Assembly: GCA_965113315.1 (NCBI GenBank)
Contig: OZ220366.1
Length of the DNA: 64,000 nucleotides
Origin: Podarcis vaucheri
Taxonomy: Eukaryota
Strand: one strand, 5' to 3'
Shown here: positions 37,604 to 51,137 of the stretch, one piece after another
Layout: each line of letters begins with the position of its first letter
Numbering within the stretch: the stretch's first letter is position 1
Notes under the pieces: generated by a model
Told to the model about the DNA's origin: nothing
Seen by the model: the letters and a program-made list of their open reading frames with translations, nothing else
Database searches by the model: none
Program-made: the position numbers and the translations under genes

Positions 37604-40600
37604 CCAATGAAATTAATGGACCTATGTTAGTCATGCCCATTAAGTTCAAAGAGTGTACTCTGATACTGCACTGAATTGTTGAACAGGACAGGAACCAAGT
37701 ATTTTCTCCTCCCACACTTGCTCCTGAGTGCAAGGCCTTAACGCCTCCCAATTTCCCAACACAATTCTCTCATTTGTCATCCTGCACTCTCCCCTCTCTC
37801 ATTTCACTATGCTTTAATTTCTCAATAACTCTGTTGCTCTTTCATATTATTGTTAACCTCAACCTTCCCCCTTTTCTCATTTAAACAAAATATTTTAAAC
37901 CTATTTGTTCCCCTGCTATTTCCCCCCATCCCGTTCTACCTTTCTTTTTCTGTATCTTACTTCCTCTGCTTCTCATACATACACATCCCTTCCCCTCGTT
38001 TTCTCCTCTTCCTAGAAGCAGGGCTTGATTTGACCCTGAATATAGTACCAATGTTTCTTTCAATGAAAGAACTCAACTCTAGAGAATATGTGGTCCAAAT
38101 GCTAAAAGTGGCTTTGAAGATATGTAGAGTAATTTTCCATCATCTTTTATTAATCACACCCAGCAGCCATTCATTAGCAGAAGAGTTCCCAAGGAAGGTC
38201 GATATTTCCAGGTAGGGTTGTTGGAAGAAATCAATCATGGTCATTTCTAATAATACAAACAGACCTGATTTGCAGTTCCTGGACTAATGTTATCCCAGTG
38301 AGTTCTGTGCTTCCTGACCCTACTTAGTGTCAACATGTGTTTACAAATATGCGTTCTGAGAGAAAACCCACTTAGAAATGTGTATTTGGAGAAAATATGT
38401 TTAAAATATGCATTAAAAATTATTCGGATCTTAAATTTTGCAAAAAATAAATAAAAATATTTGTACCAGTAGTGGACGGTGTGGGCTCACCTGACTTCCC
38501 ATCATATGAGTCACTGCTATTTGCCAGGAATGGAAGGGGCAAGGGGGGGGGAGTCAGAACTTGCTGGTATAAAAATACCAGCAAGAGTGCTGAATTGGTT
38601 CCACCAATGCATTTGCACCATACTGACCTCTGTTGCTTCACCTCTCTATTTTCTTCTCCTTCTTGATAAGTGGCAGTGACTCAGCTGTCAACAGGTAAGG
38701 TAAGCTCTGTTGCCCTACGACACTGTCCACTCCTGATTTGTCCCCCTGTTCATAGTTACATATATCAGTTATGTATCCTGGCCACAAAATGAACAATGTG
38801 CTGGGTCGAAGCAAGATTTGTTGCATAGTTCCTAGATCCCAAATGTCACTTTGGTTTCTAAATAGTAGCTAGGTACTATAATGCTGGCAGCAGCAGCAAT
38901 AATTGCAAAGAAGTTTACAACTGTGGTTTGTCAGCACATTCTTGGTGTGTTATAGTGACATCTGTTTTTATATCCAGCCCTCATAAAGGTCTACAGTACC
39001 ACTGGATGATACAGAAATGCTGCCTAGCAAGGAGGTTTCTTAAAAGGTGGGATAGATGAATGAATGAATAAAATAAACATTCCATATGGAAAAATGTTGT
39101 CATGGATATAAAAGTCCAAAACTGTTTTTTCCAATTAACAATTGATTAATGTGTGATGGATTCAGATTAAGTTAGCTGAATTTAGTTTCCTTCAATGCAA
39201 CCTAAAATCATGACTAAGTTTATTGATTTCAATGGTACCTAGGTTCGACAACTATATCTGGTTCTGATTCATTATCACTGTGTCTAATAAGTGATTCTGA
39301 GAACATTAAAGGAACTCAAATTTGCTTAGTAAGGCGTGTTCTAACAGTTATATCATAGGTGTTCTATGTTACGCTTAAACATCGTTCAGCAAAAAACTAT
39401 CATCCATGCTAAGTATACTAGTAACAACAATGTCCTATATGAAAACAGAGCATGGGCAATATCTAGGGATGAGCCCACTAGTAAGGCAGATGGCAGACTA
39501 CAGGCTGACAAGACCCACTCCTGTAGCAGTCAGTGCAACACAAGAGTGGTCATGCTTTGTGTCTTGGTAATATGTATACCTTGATAATATGTACACAGAC
39601 TAGCATCCACCCTGTGAACTTCTCCTTGTTAAACACAAATGACCATCAAATAGCTGTCACACATCATACATGTTACACTGAAAGTATACACTTCAGAGAC
39701 TTTCAAGATACTCCAGTTTTAATTAAAGTATGCATTTTAATGAACTACCTCACATGTCTGCTTATGAGGATGAAAGGATTGCAAATAATATTGTATACTA
39801 AAAAGTGCTAATAAAACTATTGGCACCAGGAACGAATTCAAGCAATAGCACTGTCACAAGTATTTGTAAGGTCAAAATATAATGGTAATCGAGGCCGTTC
39901 CCCTCTTTGTTAATATTTCGTTAAATGTACCTTATAACCTATAGAACAGTTGCCATCATTAGATAATGTTTAATACTCTATCAATAAAACTCTACATAGC
40001 CAGAAGCAGATGCCAGATCTCCTAAACAGTCTTGCTAAAATTACCCAATATAGTTGAGAATAACCACTTTCAGACTTTTAACTTCTGGACAAATTTCAAA
40101 ACTTTTAATTCATATATTATGTTCCTGCAAACAAATATTATTATTAAAGGTTAATTTCTGTGACACATTGAAATTTGAAGAATTCCTCCTTAATTACCGG
40201 TACATATTTATTAATATCATAAGAAAGATAGTAAGAACTATAATGCAAAATTCATTAAAATTGCTACCGATCTGAGCTATGGATAAGCAAAGAATCAGAA
40301 ATTTTTAAAAATGCTGTATTGGGCATGGTTAAACCCATGAATACTATAAAAACAAAACAGTTTTAAAGACTCATCCACTGTTTCAAAATGATTCCTTACT
40401 TTTGGTGGTCTTTGTAATAGACTGAACTAATCATATGTCACTCTCAGTAACTATTATGTATTATCCAAGGCAAGTTATAATTTCTGTGTTACTGAAAAAA
40501 TGCGAGGCCATGTGTTATCGATGCTGTTCTCTAATTAAGTGGAACAGTGAAGCACGATAGATATGAATGTGACTGGTTTTAATTTTGGCTTCTGTAAATA

Positions 40601-42898
40601 CAAGAGAAACATGAGCTGACTTTGTTAGCAATTCTGTGTTGTCACATTGTCAACTGTATGATCACATTTTTGCTATGAAAAGAAGCCTTACAGAATTCCA
40701 CAGTTGGCTCTACTACTTACAATCCAGACATTATGCGTGAATAGAGATTATGATGTGTCCAACTGGAAACCTATAATGGTATCACAATAACCACCTGGCA
40801 TGGTCCTCAGAACTTGTCCTACCATGTGTTGAGAAGAATCTTTGAATTCCCCTAGATTTCTGATCAGGACAGATATATGGTAAGTCTCTTCACCACTTTA
40901 CCTAGAGCTAATTTACCACCCAATCACTTTGCAAGCTAATCTGCCACTTAGCAAGGCAATCATAGACCTGAGCAAAGCTCCAAGCCAGCAGGGGAATACT
41001 AAGATTTTCCTTATAATCTAGCAAGGTAGTACAGATAACCAGTTTACAAGTGATTGCATAATGGCATACTAAGTTTATTAGTCAACGGAGGAATTTCTTT
41101 CAAGTGCATAGGCTCTTCCCCTTCCTCAAATCCCAATTTAAGAAAGCCCTTTTGACTGTGCTAGATTGTGGCCATAGTTTATAGTGGATGCAAATCTGTT
41201 CCTTGGTAACAATGGTGTGAGGTCTAGGCATACAATATGACCACCTACATCAGAAGAAATAGACAAGCGGTGGCAGGAGGAAACACCAATTAGCTTGCTA
41301 CTCAGATTCTCCTACAAGATTGGCTCCCTTTTCAAATGTTCATTCCAGGTGTTCTGTTTGGCAAACTGCAAAGTACTGGTAACTTATGAGAGACAGCCAA
41401 GAGGCGACATTCAGAGATTTTGGCAGGGGGGGGGAAATGTTTCAAAGTTACTAATACTACTACAACTACTAATAATAATAAATCTGATAATTTCCCATTC
41501 CATTATAATCTTAGTGGATGAAATAGTACAGCATTCTTTATTACCTTTAAATTAAATAAAAATGCATACAATGGGAGGTAACAGTATTTTAAAATCTAAT
41601 TATAGGAATGTATCAGAGTGGAAAGTTACTATAAAACTGCTGGTTTTGTTTTGGGCATAAATTAAATTATCTACTTTTTTTAGAATAAAGGGGCCTTGAT
41701 GGTTGATAGTATCATTTTTCAACATCATTTCCCTCCTATCTCGTTAGCTTCATGCTATACCGTAGTTATATAGAAGGTATTTATATTTTCAAACAATAAA
41801 ACTTTGCAACAGAGGGGAGGATTTCCAAATAACTGTTGACAGAAATAACAAGAGTAGAACAGAAAGTGGGAGTGGCCGAAAGTTGGCTGCCAGCAGTCAG
41901 ACTGCCAAAAACATATTGCCTGTCTCCTGCCTAACCAAATTCGAAATTGCAAAAGGTAAAAACAAAGGGTCATTACTCATCTGGCATTTGCCAGCTACTT
42001 GTACTGGGTCTTTGTGTTAAGTTAATAATCCTGGCTTCACTCTCTGGATAATATGGATGTTATTTTGGATACTGGATAATTAATTGGTTTTGTCCTGGGT
42101 GCTGGAAACTTTTTAATTAGCTGCTCTGACTTTTCTCTTCCTTTTCTGTTTCCTCCCTGAAGCAATTTTCACATGTCTCTGGTGGGTATTGTGTGCTGCC
42201 TGGTTGGTAGTGGGTCACTGCTTTTCTCCTCTAGCATGTAAATTGGAATTAGTAATCATAATAATTGTTATTTTGCTTTGCAGTAAGAAATATGTGTCCC
42301 TTTTCATTGTGAAAGAGCAGTAGCAAAAAGGGAGATTTTACTCACTTCATTTTGGTTCTCCCTAACACATGCTGCTTGCATTGGACTTCTTAAGATTTGG
42401 TATTTCAGCAGACTGTGAGCAAATGACCTCTATAAACTCTGCTTCAAATCTGCCTAAAATATTAATATCACTTCAATCACTTAATAAGGCAGGATTCTGC
42501 TAAATGAATGGAATTTGCTTTTATACCAGGCCCATGTCAGTGCTGTAGGGGCAACTGTAAGTAAGCTACTCAATGCTTTTTGCTTCTACCTCTATGGCAT
42601 ACCTGGTAATGTATGTATGTATGTCTGTTTGCTTGTTTGTTTGTTTTTGTTTGTTTTATGCCATAAAAGGTCATAAAAACAATCTGATCATTCAGTTGTT
42701 ACTATTTTAGTCCCAGAGATATGAAAGAGAAAATAAGAATTATGATATTGTATGCATAAAAGTCTGTCTCAGCTAAGTGTATAGAACATAAATACTTGCA
42801 TGAGAGTGTGAGAGGTTTTTAACAAACAATATCGAGTATACACTCTTAGCATCACTTTCTCTAATATCAAACTTGGGCAGTGAATGGTGACAGAACTA

Positions 42899-43132
42899 CA
42901 GTGGTACCTCAGCTTAAGTACTTAATTCATTCCAGAGGTCCGTTCTTAACCTGAAACTGTTCTTAACCTGAAGCACCACATGGGGCCTCCTGCTGCTGCC
43001 GTGCCGCCAGAGCCCGATTTCTGTTCTTATCCTGAAGCAAAGTTCTTAACCTGAAGCACTATTTCTGGCTTAGTGGAGTGTGTAACCTGAAGCGTATGTA
43101 ACCTGAAGCGTATGTAACCCGAGGTACCACTG
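42899..43132 (+). mobile_element. Tigger/pogo-like MITE with internal TAACCTGAAG repeats
   Basis: TA|CAGTGGTACCTC...GAGGTACCACTG, 12-bp perfect terminal inverted repeat. Confidence 0.85.
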
Positions 43133-44836
43133 AATAGGGTGGTCAAATGTTTAGAGATAGCCATAGCTGTACAGCACACAATTATATTATTTCTTTCATC
43201 AATATAACATATATCCCAAAATATTTAGGTTTCACATGTCTTCCCCATGTTTCATTGCTCCTATGCCTATAGCAAAATTTATAATGCAAAAATATATTCC
43301 TTGTCGCACTTTGTGCTTCCTTGGCGAATTAGTCTTGATTTCCCATCTGTGGTAATCCCTCCCCCACCTGCTACCCCAGAGGGAAATAGCCTGAAGGACA
43401 GAGCTACTAATTTTGCGGCCTAGATAAGTTTTGATTCTACGGTTACAAGTTCCTTCCCAAAAGTAGTGGGGAAAGAAATGCTACATTTTGAAGCTTTCCT
43501 CTCTAATAGCATCAAATTTACAAACATCATTGCTTGAACAGGAATGTTGTAGGTAATGCCAAGATGATAGTGGCTTTGATACCACTGAAGCTCATACTAC
43601 AGAATCAAATACCATTCTTTACCTTAGGCATGAATCAGAGAATGCCTTCTAGGAAGGAAGTAGATTACTACAAAAGGTCATTAGGAAACCGAGTCTTCTG
43701 GGAAGAAGGTCCATTGCATGGAACTGGACAGAGAAGTATTAAAATATCACAGTATAATTTTGATCACTCAGCAGGATATCCATGCTGAAGAATCTTGTAA
43801 ATATCACTTCTGCTTTACAGCAAGCTTCAAGATACATTCTGCTAAGACATCTTTGTTATAAGAAAATAAACATGTACCGGTAGTTAAAATTCTGTGTGCT
43901 GTACAGCAATGTCATGGAAACTGTCGGTCTTCGAAAGAGTAATGTAGCTGTGCCAGTGCAGCGCTTTTCATTCACCTGGATCTTTACAGGTTAAACAAAA
44001 ACGTATATACGGAAGCCCTTGCATGATTCTCATTGTCTAATCATAATCACCATAAAGAATTAAAAATTAATTTGATTTTTCTTGGCGGCTGCATGTATGG
44101 TTATAGTAACGATCTGAAAGGACTGAAAAGGTGTAAACTTGAATGCTTGGCACAAGAGTATGTGGTGCATTGTCCTTATGGAAAAAATGACTCACAAAAT
44201 TAAGACTGGCAAGAGGAACAAAGCACAAAGATACCTTTGCGGGAGAACGGTGGAGCTTCATTTCATTTGCAAATGCTCCAGAAAATCAACAACCAGTTAC
44301 AAAGGTTCATACTAAACTTGTGGATCACTTAATAGGTACATATTGTATAGAAGTATACTGTTCAATCAGCCTTAGATATTTCTAGATACATTTCTTCTAT
44401 TGAGTGTACATCTTCAGGTGATCCCATGTCTGTGCATTTCACTTTAGAACGGCTCTCTTTGACTAAAATATTAGATTTACCAGGGCAAACAGAATACTAT
44501 ATTAACCCCCACATTAGAAACATACACACAGAGAGAGCGAGAGAGAGAGAGAGCACGCAATGGCATACTTTCACTGTAAAAGCCAGAAAACATAATTCCT
44601 AGAGCAGTTACTGTGAAAGTTGCTGAGTGTGTGGCTGCTTGTTTTTGTTGCTACGCTTCTTAAAATACTTTTCAACTTCAAAAACAAAATATGAGCATTT
44701 ATTTTTATAAGTTGTGCTGTATGTACGGGGATACAGGCTTTCATTGTGCATTTTTGGGGGCCTCCAGGGAAATAATAATAAAAGGAATTAAAAGGGAAAG
44801 AGTAGAGCTTTCACTGTATATTCACAAAAATCTTAC

Positions 44837-44958
44837 CGTCCAGGTCACTTGGACAGTGGTAGGGGTTAGCACAACAGGATTATGAAGCCGCACAATGACA
44901 TCCCCAAGCTCTTTTTGCACCTGCCTGTGATCCACGCCTTGCGCTGGTGGGCTGATAT
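44837..44958 (-). CDS. ROBO2: ROBO2 coding exon, 122 nt: (D)ISPPAQGVDHRQVQKELGDVIVRLHNPVVLTPTTVQVTWT
   Basis: Acceptor cccaacag|AT, donor ACG|gtaaga; phase 1 to 0; not in the ORF track. Confidence 0.95.
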
Positions 44959-45928
44959 CTGTTGGGTCAAACACACATGAGGAAAGCCAATCAGAATAAT
45001 TAATTCATTATGATGACTAAAAAGCTTAATGAATATTTAATTCAATATCCTTACTGGAATTAGTTAGTTGGTTTTCAATTAATGCAGTGGATGAGACTGA
45101 ACTGTAGACCTAACAGGGCATGGAGGAAACATTTTGTATTTTCACATATGGTAATATATGAAACCTATTCTAATAACTATTATAGATACATTCTTACATA
45201 TTTTAATTACCTAAAGATGTATGATGTGAAAGCTTTGAAACACTAAAATAATAACAGCCTTGATGCGCCATGAACTGGCAGGCCAGATTCAAAATTTAAG
45301 CAAATTATTTCCCCCCATTAAAATTGTGTGCATTACTTGCAATAATATTTCAGAGTTTTATTAAAAGGCCTTGAAACATAACTGTAGAATTCATAAATAC
45401 TCATATCTATATATAGGCTTTTGCCATCTAAGATGTATATTTTTAGGATCCACCTTATTTTTGTGATTGTAAGTTGTTTTAAGTTGTTTTTACATTGTGT
45501 TTAATTGTGGTAACCTGTTCTGGGACCTCATGGTAAAGAAAGGGATGGAATTAAAACAATCATAATGATACTAATAACTTGTGCACAACAATTTCTCTAT
45601 AAAATGTTACCTGTGTTTGTCTCTGTGCATTTGGCAGTGATGCAAAGTGCATGGGGGTAAAACCCTAATCTTCCACTTGACTGGATTTATTCAGGCCAAA
45701 ATGTGACTACTACACAGACTACTACGCAGAGCACTAAGTGGCCGTGGTAGCTGCTGGTGGTCCTCACTGCTGTCCCCACTCATTTGCCCAAGTGGAAGAG
45801 TGGGTAAGGATGGGGAGCAGCAGCAATGGCTCCAGGAGTGGGACATCTTGGAACACTAGGGTCTTGGCCAATACCCAGTAGTGTCTATGAGTATATAGGG
45901 TGCTTTCATTATATATTTTTTTTGTTAA

Positions 45929-46037
45929 AGGTAGGTGTTGGTCTGCCGTAGCCGCAACAAAATTAAAAAAATCCTTCCAGTAGCACCTTAGAGACCAACT
46001 GTTTGTTATTGGTATGAGCTTTCGTGTGCATGCACAC
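45929..46037 (-). mobile_element. Penelope-like terminal repeat fragment
   Basis: Minus strand gtgtgcatgcacacgaaagctcatacc...gttggtctctaaggtgctactgg; same family as 12792-12957. Confidence 0.7.
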
Positions 46038-48675
46038 ATAAAGGTAAACATTATTTTGTTGTCTCCTTAATCTCTTGTATAAACCCAATATAGTATCATG
46101 GTAGGACATTTTCACTATACGGTATACACAAAAAGGGGGAAGACAGATCACATATTCAACAATGATGAAAAATTACCATTGATTTGTATGTTGCCAATCA
46201 TAGCTTATTTAAAATGGTGTCTTTCTTTTACAAATTGAATGACCAGAACCTTTAGCCATACTAGTCAATACACTGCAATGGTTCTGCCTAGCATTTTACT
46301 TCATTTCAGTTTCAAATTAGTTGTATACAGTAGTTAGCAGACAAAAATTGGCAATTGATTTAGAAAACATTCCTTTAGGATATTTAAAATCAGCTGATTT
46401 TTCAAAATAACCCAAATTAGTATTCCACTTGTTAGTACCATGTTTAAATAATATCTCCACCCATTTTAAAAATGAACTTGTAAGTCCAATTAGTAATCCA
46501 AAAATATGCCCCTAAATCTTAAAAACCCATGTTTTACCTATATGGAAGACCTGGATATGATTAAGACCATGGATTAAAAATAGAAGAAGTCAATACAGAC
46601 AGATGTGGACTGAAATATTCTTACCTGAGGCTTATAGTACTGAATCAATATATAAAATAAGACATTATATCCAGCTTTTAACATTTACCTGGGTAAAACC
46701 AGGATAAAGGGAGACAACGGGCTCTTACAACTGTCTTGTTATTTCATACCATGCATGTCTCTCTATTAATTGATCCATCTGTATTTAATAGGCTAATGTG
46801 ACTTTTCTCTTTCTGATTATGGAAAGACACTCATGATTCTTTGCCCTCCCAAATAAATGTAGGAAACATTTTCCGTCAAAATTTCAAAGCTTGTATGGGT
46901 ACTTTTTGTAACTAGTACTTTCTCCAAGACAAAAATAAGCCTTGGAGATATATTCGTTTTATTAATGACAGCTTAGCTGAACCATGATATTTCTATTGCC
47001 AACAATTTCTTCTTTATTTATATAATTATTGTATGGATCAAATGTGTGGTTCTGGTAAGTGATGGAACTTCAGTTGCAGCAGTACCTGAGGGGTTGTGCT
47101 ACAGTGGGACTTGGGAAGGACTTAGTATGCTTTTGTACTGAAAATGATGGAAATTGCTTGGTGCGACAGAGACCAGTTATGGCGCCATCAAACTCAACGT
47201 ATCTCTGAAGGGATCAGAGCAATCTGCTCCCACTCAAGGCAACCTAACAACAGCTCCAAAAAGAAAAAGCGAGATGAGCTGCATAAAGGAGAAAGTGGAA
47301 TCTGACAAAAACAGCCCTTCCATTACTAAGCTACAATTTTAATTTGTTGGTATAAAAGTAACCATAATATATAATTGTATTTGCTAGAGTTATTTCAAGA
47401 CACTAAGGCCTGTGGTCATAGATACCTATTGCAAATGATATCGTGCATCAGTGCTTTTAGCTGATTCTTTCCTTTGTAATGGCTAGTGTGAATAGGCTCT
47501 TTCCTTGGATGTCAGCTTCCTTTGTAAGGCCGGGCTGGATGAGAACCGCATTTCAAATTACATCAAAACATTATGCTAAGTGTCATTTGAATTCATTATT
47601 TAATTTCGCTAAACTATAGGATACCACAAAGGCTGTCAGTGTTATACATGCTGGAGCACATGTGGCTGGCAGACAGCTTGTGAAAATAGAAACTACAACG
47701 CACGCAGAAAGTAAAGAAAAGAACTGTTTTAATGAAATAAAATCTTTTGTCAGTCTGTCAGGTAAAATCTGACATACTGATGCAAAATGCGGTCTCTCCT
47801 TGCAGAGCTGGATGATATTAACAACATAAAGGCCGGCGTGCTGAGGCACTCATAGTGAGTCCAGGAAGCAAAGGAAACGGGCTACATCTGATTTGCTGAA
47901 TGGATGGCAATAATTTGAGGCACTCCCCTAGCATCCAAACCCAGTGCAGCACATGGGGATTAGGAGCAGGGGCCCGTGTGCAATTCTGCTTCCCCCTCTA
48001 AATATTCGAAGAATATGTGCAGTAGGCGATAACTCACAAAACTACGTAACTGAATATGTTATCCCATGCATGTATTATCCCTTTATATAGTCTTCTGTAC
48101 TGGGCGTGTGTGTGTACACGTCTCTGTCTCTAAATAGACACATGGGGCTAGATGACTGCATTCTTCTTGAAAATAAGTGAAAATTGGAAGATTTCCCTCT
48201 TCCTTCACATGTGATTTAAAAGTCCAAGTAGTAATGAATAAACTGGGGTAAAATATGTTACCGATGAGCTCTACCTCTCTGGCCTGGTTTGCATAACATG
48301 GGACTGCAGGAACATGTGAGCTCCTGAGGAGAAATTTGCAGCTGCTTTGCTCCTCTCTGGTCTTAGGTACTTCCATGCCACACGGAGCTAAGCCAAAGAT
48401 AATAATAATAATAATAAATGCCTTTGGATGGAAGTGTGTCCAATAAACAGAGGCTAGCTAAAGCCAAAATAACTGCTTTGGTTTGTGCTTTTGCCTGTCT
48501 TAACTTACTTAAAAGTAATACATTTGGTGGTGTATGCTTTTTATTATAGTAACTAGTTAGTGCCCACCAATATGTAAAGAAGGAGAGAGAACCCATAGCT
48601 CTCCAGGTCCTTGCTGCAGAGGCAAAGAGGAAAGGAGCTGGACTCAGATTTATCATCATGTACATAAGGCATGAT

Positions 48676-49003
48676 GGGACATGGGTGGCGCTGTGGGTTA
48701 AACCACAGAGCCTAGGGCTGATCGGAAGGTTGGCAAGCTCCCGTTGCTCAATCCCAGCTTCTGCCAACCTAGCAGTCTAAAAGCACACAGTGCAAGCAGA
48801 TAAATAGACACCACTCTGGCGGGAAGGTAAACGGTGTTTCCGTGCCCTGCTCTAGTTTGCCAGAAGCGGCTTAGTCATGCTGGCCACATGACCCGGAAGC
48901 TGTACGCCAGCTCCCTCGGCCAATAAAGCGAGATGAGCGCCGCAACCCCAGAGTTGGCCACGACTGGACCTAATGGTCAGGGGTCCCTTTACCTTTACCT
49001 TTT
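48676..49003 (+). mobile_element. Sauria SINE with B-box region deleted
   Basis: High identity to 6614-6969; (ACCTTT)n tail; 10-bp TSD TACATAAGGC at 48661-48670 and 49004-49013. Confidence 0.9.
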
Positions 49004-49484
49004 TACATAAGGCTCAGTGCAGCTTGTTTCCCATTGAAAAGGTGTAGGAGCCCTACAAAAACACACACACATTCTCAGCACTTATATGCATACTGCTTTC
49101 ATCATCCATCATTCTCTGCCCCAGAATATCATTCATGGGATGCCTGAATGACAAAAGGACAAAAGCCAGCAGCTTTCATATATGTGGCCTTGGTGAAATG
49201 TCTATGAAGCTCAACAGGCTGGAAACAGATCCTTTCCCCAGCCATCCTTTCCTATTCCTCCCTGCTTCATCGCCTGACCCTGCCACTTGCTCTGGTTACT
49301 ACTATGGATGTCAAGGACAGAGGCTTACATTAGGCATATGAAGGGCCTAAGATTAACAGGAGAGAAGGATTTAAGTGGCATGGCTTGCATGCTGCAAAAC
49401 AAAACAAAAAAAAAACCATATAAAGCAATAAAACAAATTATCTAAAATTAACAGATGTATGCAAATCAATGAGAGAACCTTCAA

Positions 49485-49487
<3 letters not shown>

Positions 49488-49537
<50 letters not shown>

Positions 49538-49860
49538 TTGTATAGTCCCTTTCATCCAAATATCATAGGGTGGCTCACAACATAAAAATACAAGATGAAA
49601 ACACAAAATACATAATAAAAACCAAAACACACCAATAATTCCTCCCACAAACACACACACAAAAAACCCACAACTCTTTAAAAGGCCATAGAATGTTCAT
49701 TAGCTAAAGGCCTGGTTATAGAGAAACATTTTCGCCTGGCACCTAAAGATATGCAATGAAGGCATCAGGCGAGCATCCCTGGGGAGAGCAATCCACAAAC
49801 AGGGAGCCACCACAGAAAAGGCCTGTTGTCATGTTGCCACCCTTCAGACTGCTCATGGAA
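49488..49860 (-). mobile_element. L2-type LINE 3' fragment (second subfamily) with (ATT)n tail
   Basis: (AAT)n tract then ...atccacaaacagggagccaccacagaaaaggcc, the reverse of the AFSVVAPxLWxxLP coding segment. Confidence 0.7.
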
Positions 49861-50970
49861 TGAATAATTCACTACACTCATTTCTTCAGGATTGTCTCCC
49901 TTTATCCTGGCTTTGGTTAGGGAGAATCATAAATCAAGTCCTTCTTCCAAAGATTTCAAGATAAACTACATATGTGGATTTCTCTTCCTCCACAAAACAT
50001 CACAGCTATTTCTAGTGGTTTTTTCCTTGCACTGGATGTGGATATCCTGTATGTTTGCATTGTTATACTATATATCTTAATGTGCAAGTTTGTTTTTTTA
50101 CTTATCTTAACCATTGCTTTAGGACTCCTTTTAGTTGTGTGAAACAATAAATAAATTTAATAAATAAACTAAACAGCAGCAAAAACCCTGAAAAGAAGAT
50201 AAGGTTAACAGAGTGTCTGGCCCAATCTCACCCAGTGAGTTTCATAGCTGAGGTGAAAAGAGATAGAAGCAGACCCAGCTTGATCCGATAAAAGAGTTCA
50301 TGTAGTTCAGTACTCTGGTTTCCAACACTGCTCAGTCAGATGACTTCTGGGATGACCACCCTCCCCTATTTGTCCACAGCACGTAGATTCTCAGGTGAAC
50401 TGCCTCTGAACATGGAAGTTTCATTTCTATCCATTTTCTATACATGTATCCTACACAGTGTTGTTTAACCCTGTTTTAAGCCATCTTAACCAAAAACTTG
50501 TGACAGAAAATTGCAAACATTAATTGTTGTGTGAAGAATTACTGTCTTCTGTAAGTCCTGAATTTCTTGCCAATCAGCTTCACTAGGTGATGGTGATCAG
50601 GCAATCTTAAGAAGCTCCACACCATTCACAATTAGTAGTATGCTTCTCTGATAGAGACAGAAACCCGGGACTGAGTGTTCCAGTTTCCAAGCATTTGTGA
50701 AATCGAACCAACTTCTAGAACGGATTCTGTTTGACTTCCAAGGTACGACTGTAACTTCTTAGACAGAATTTGGCTTTTTCGCTGCTGCTGTAAACTGAAT
50801 CAACATTTGCTTCCAGTACTCTCCCTTCTGCATAGCCCTGTCCTGGATTCTATTTCTTTGTCATGCTAGGTCGTGAAAGCATATTGGTAGAGTGTGACAA
50901 AGAGAGAGGACAGCTACTTTATATATTACTATAACTGCAATCATGCTCCTGAAAAACAGAATGAAGTTAC

Positions 50971-51137
50971 CTTGTGTTCGGACAGGGTCTGACATGGTGC
51001 TGGGATCACTCAAACCTTGTGAGTTGATAGCTCTCACCATAAACAGGTAGATGGTGTTTGGACGGAGTCCTCTCACAGTGTAAGGTGTCGTTTTTACATG
51101 GTTAGCAACTGTTTGCCAGCTATTGCTCACCGACTGA
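50971..51137 (-). CDS. ROBO2: ROBO2 coding exon, 167 nt, FN3-1 end: (S)QSVSNSWQTVANHVKTTPYTVRGLRPNTIYLFMVRAINSQGLSDPSTMSDPVRTQ(D)
   Basis: Acceptor ttcattgcag|T, donor G|gtaact; FN3 LxPxxxYxFxVxA motif; phase 2 to 1. Confidence 0.95.

Noticed and set aside
42940-43120. Short spaced repeats (TAACCTGAAG) resembling a CRISPR-like array
   Set aside because: They are internal subterminal repeats of a Tigger-like MITE in a vertebrate intron; the spacing is irregular and there are no cas genes.
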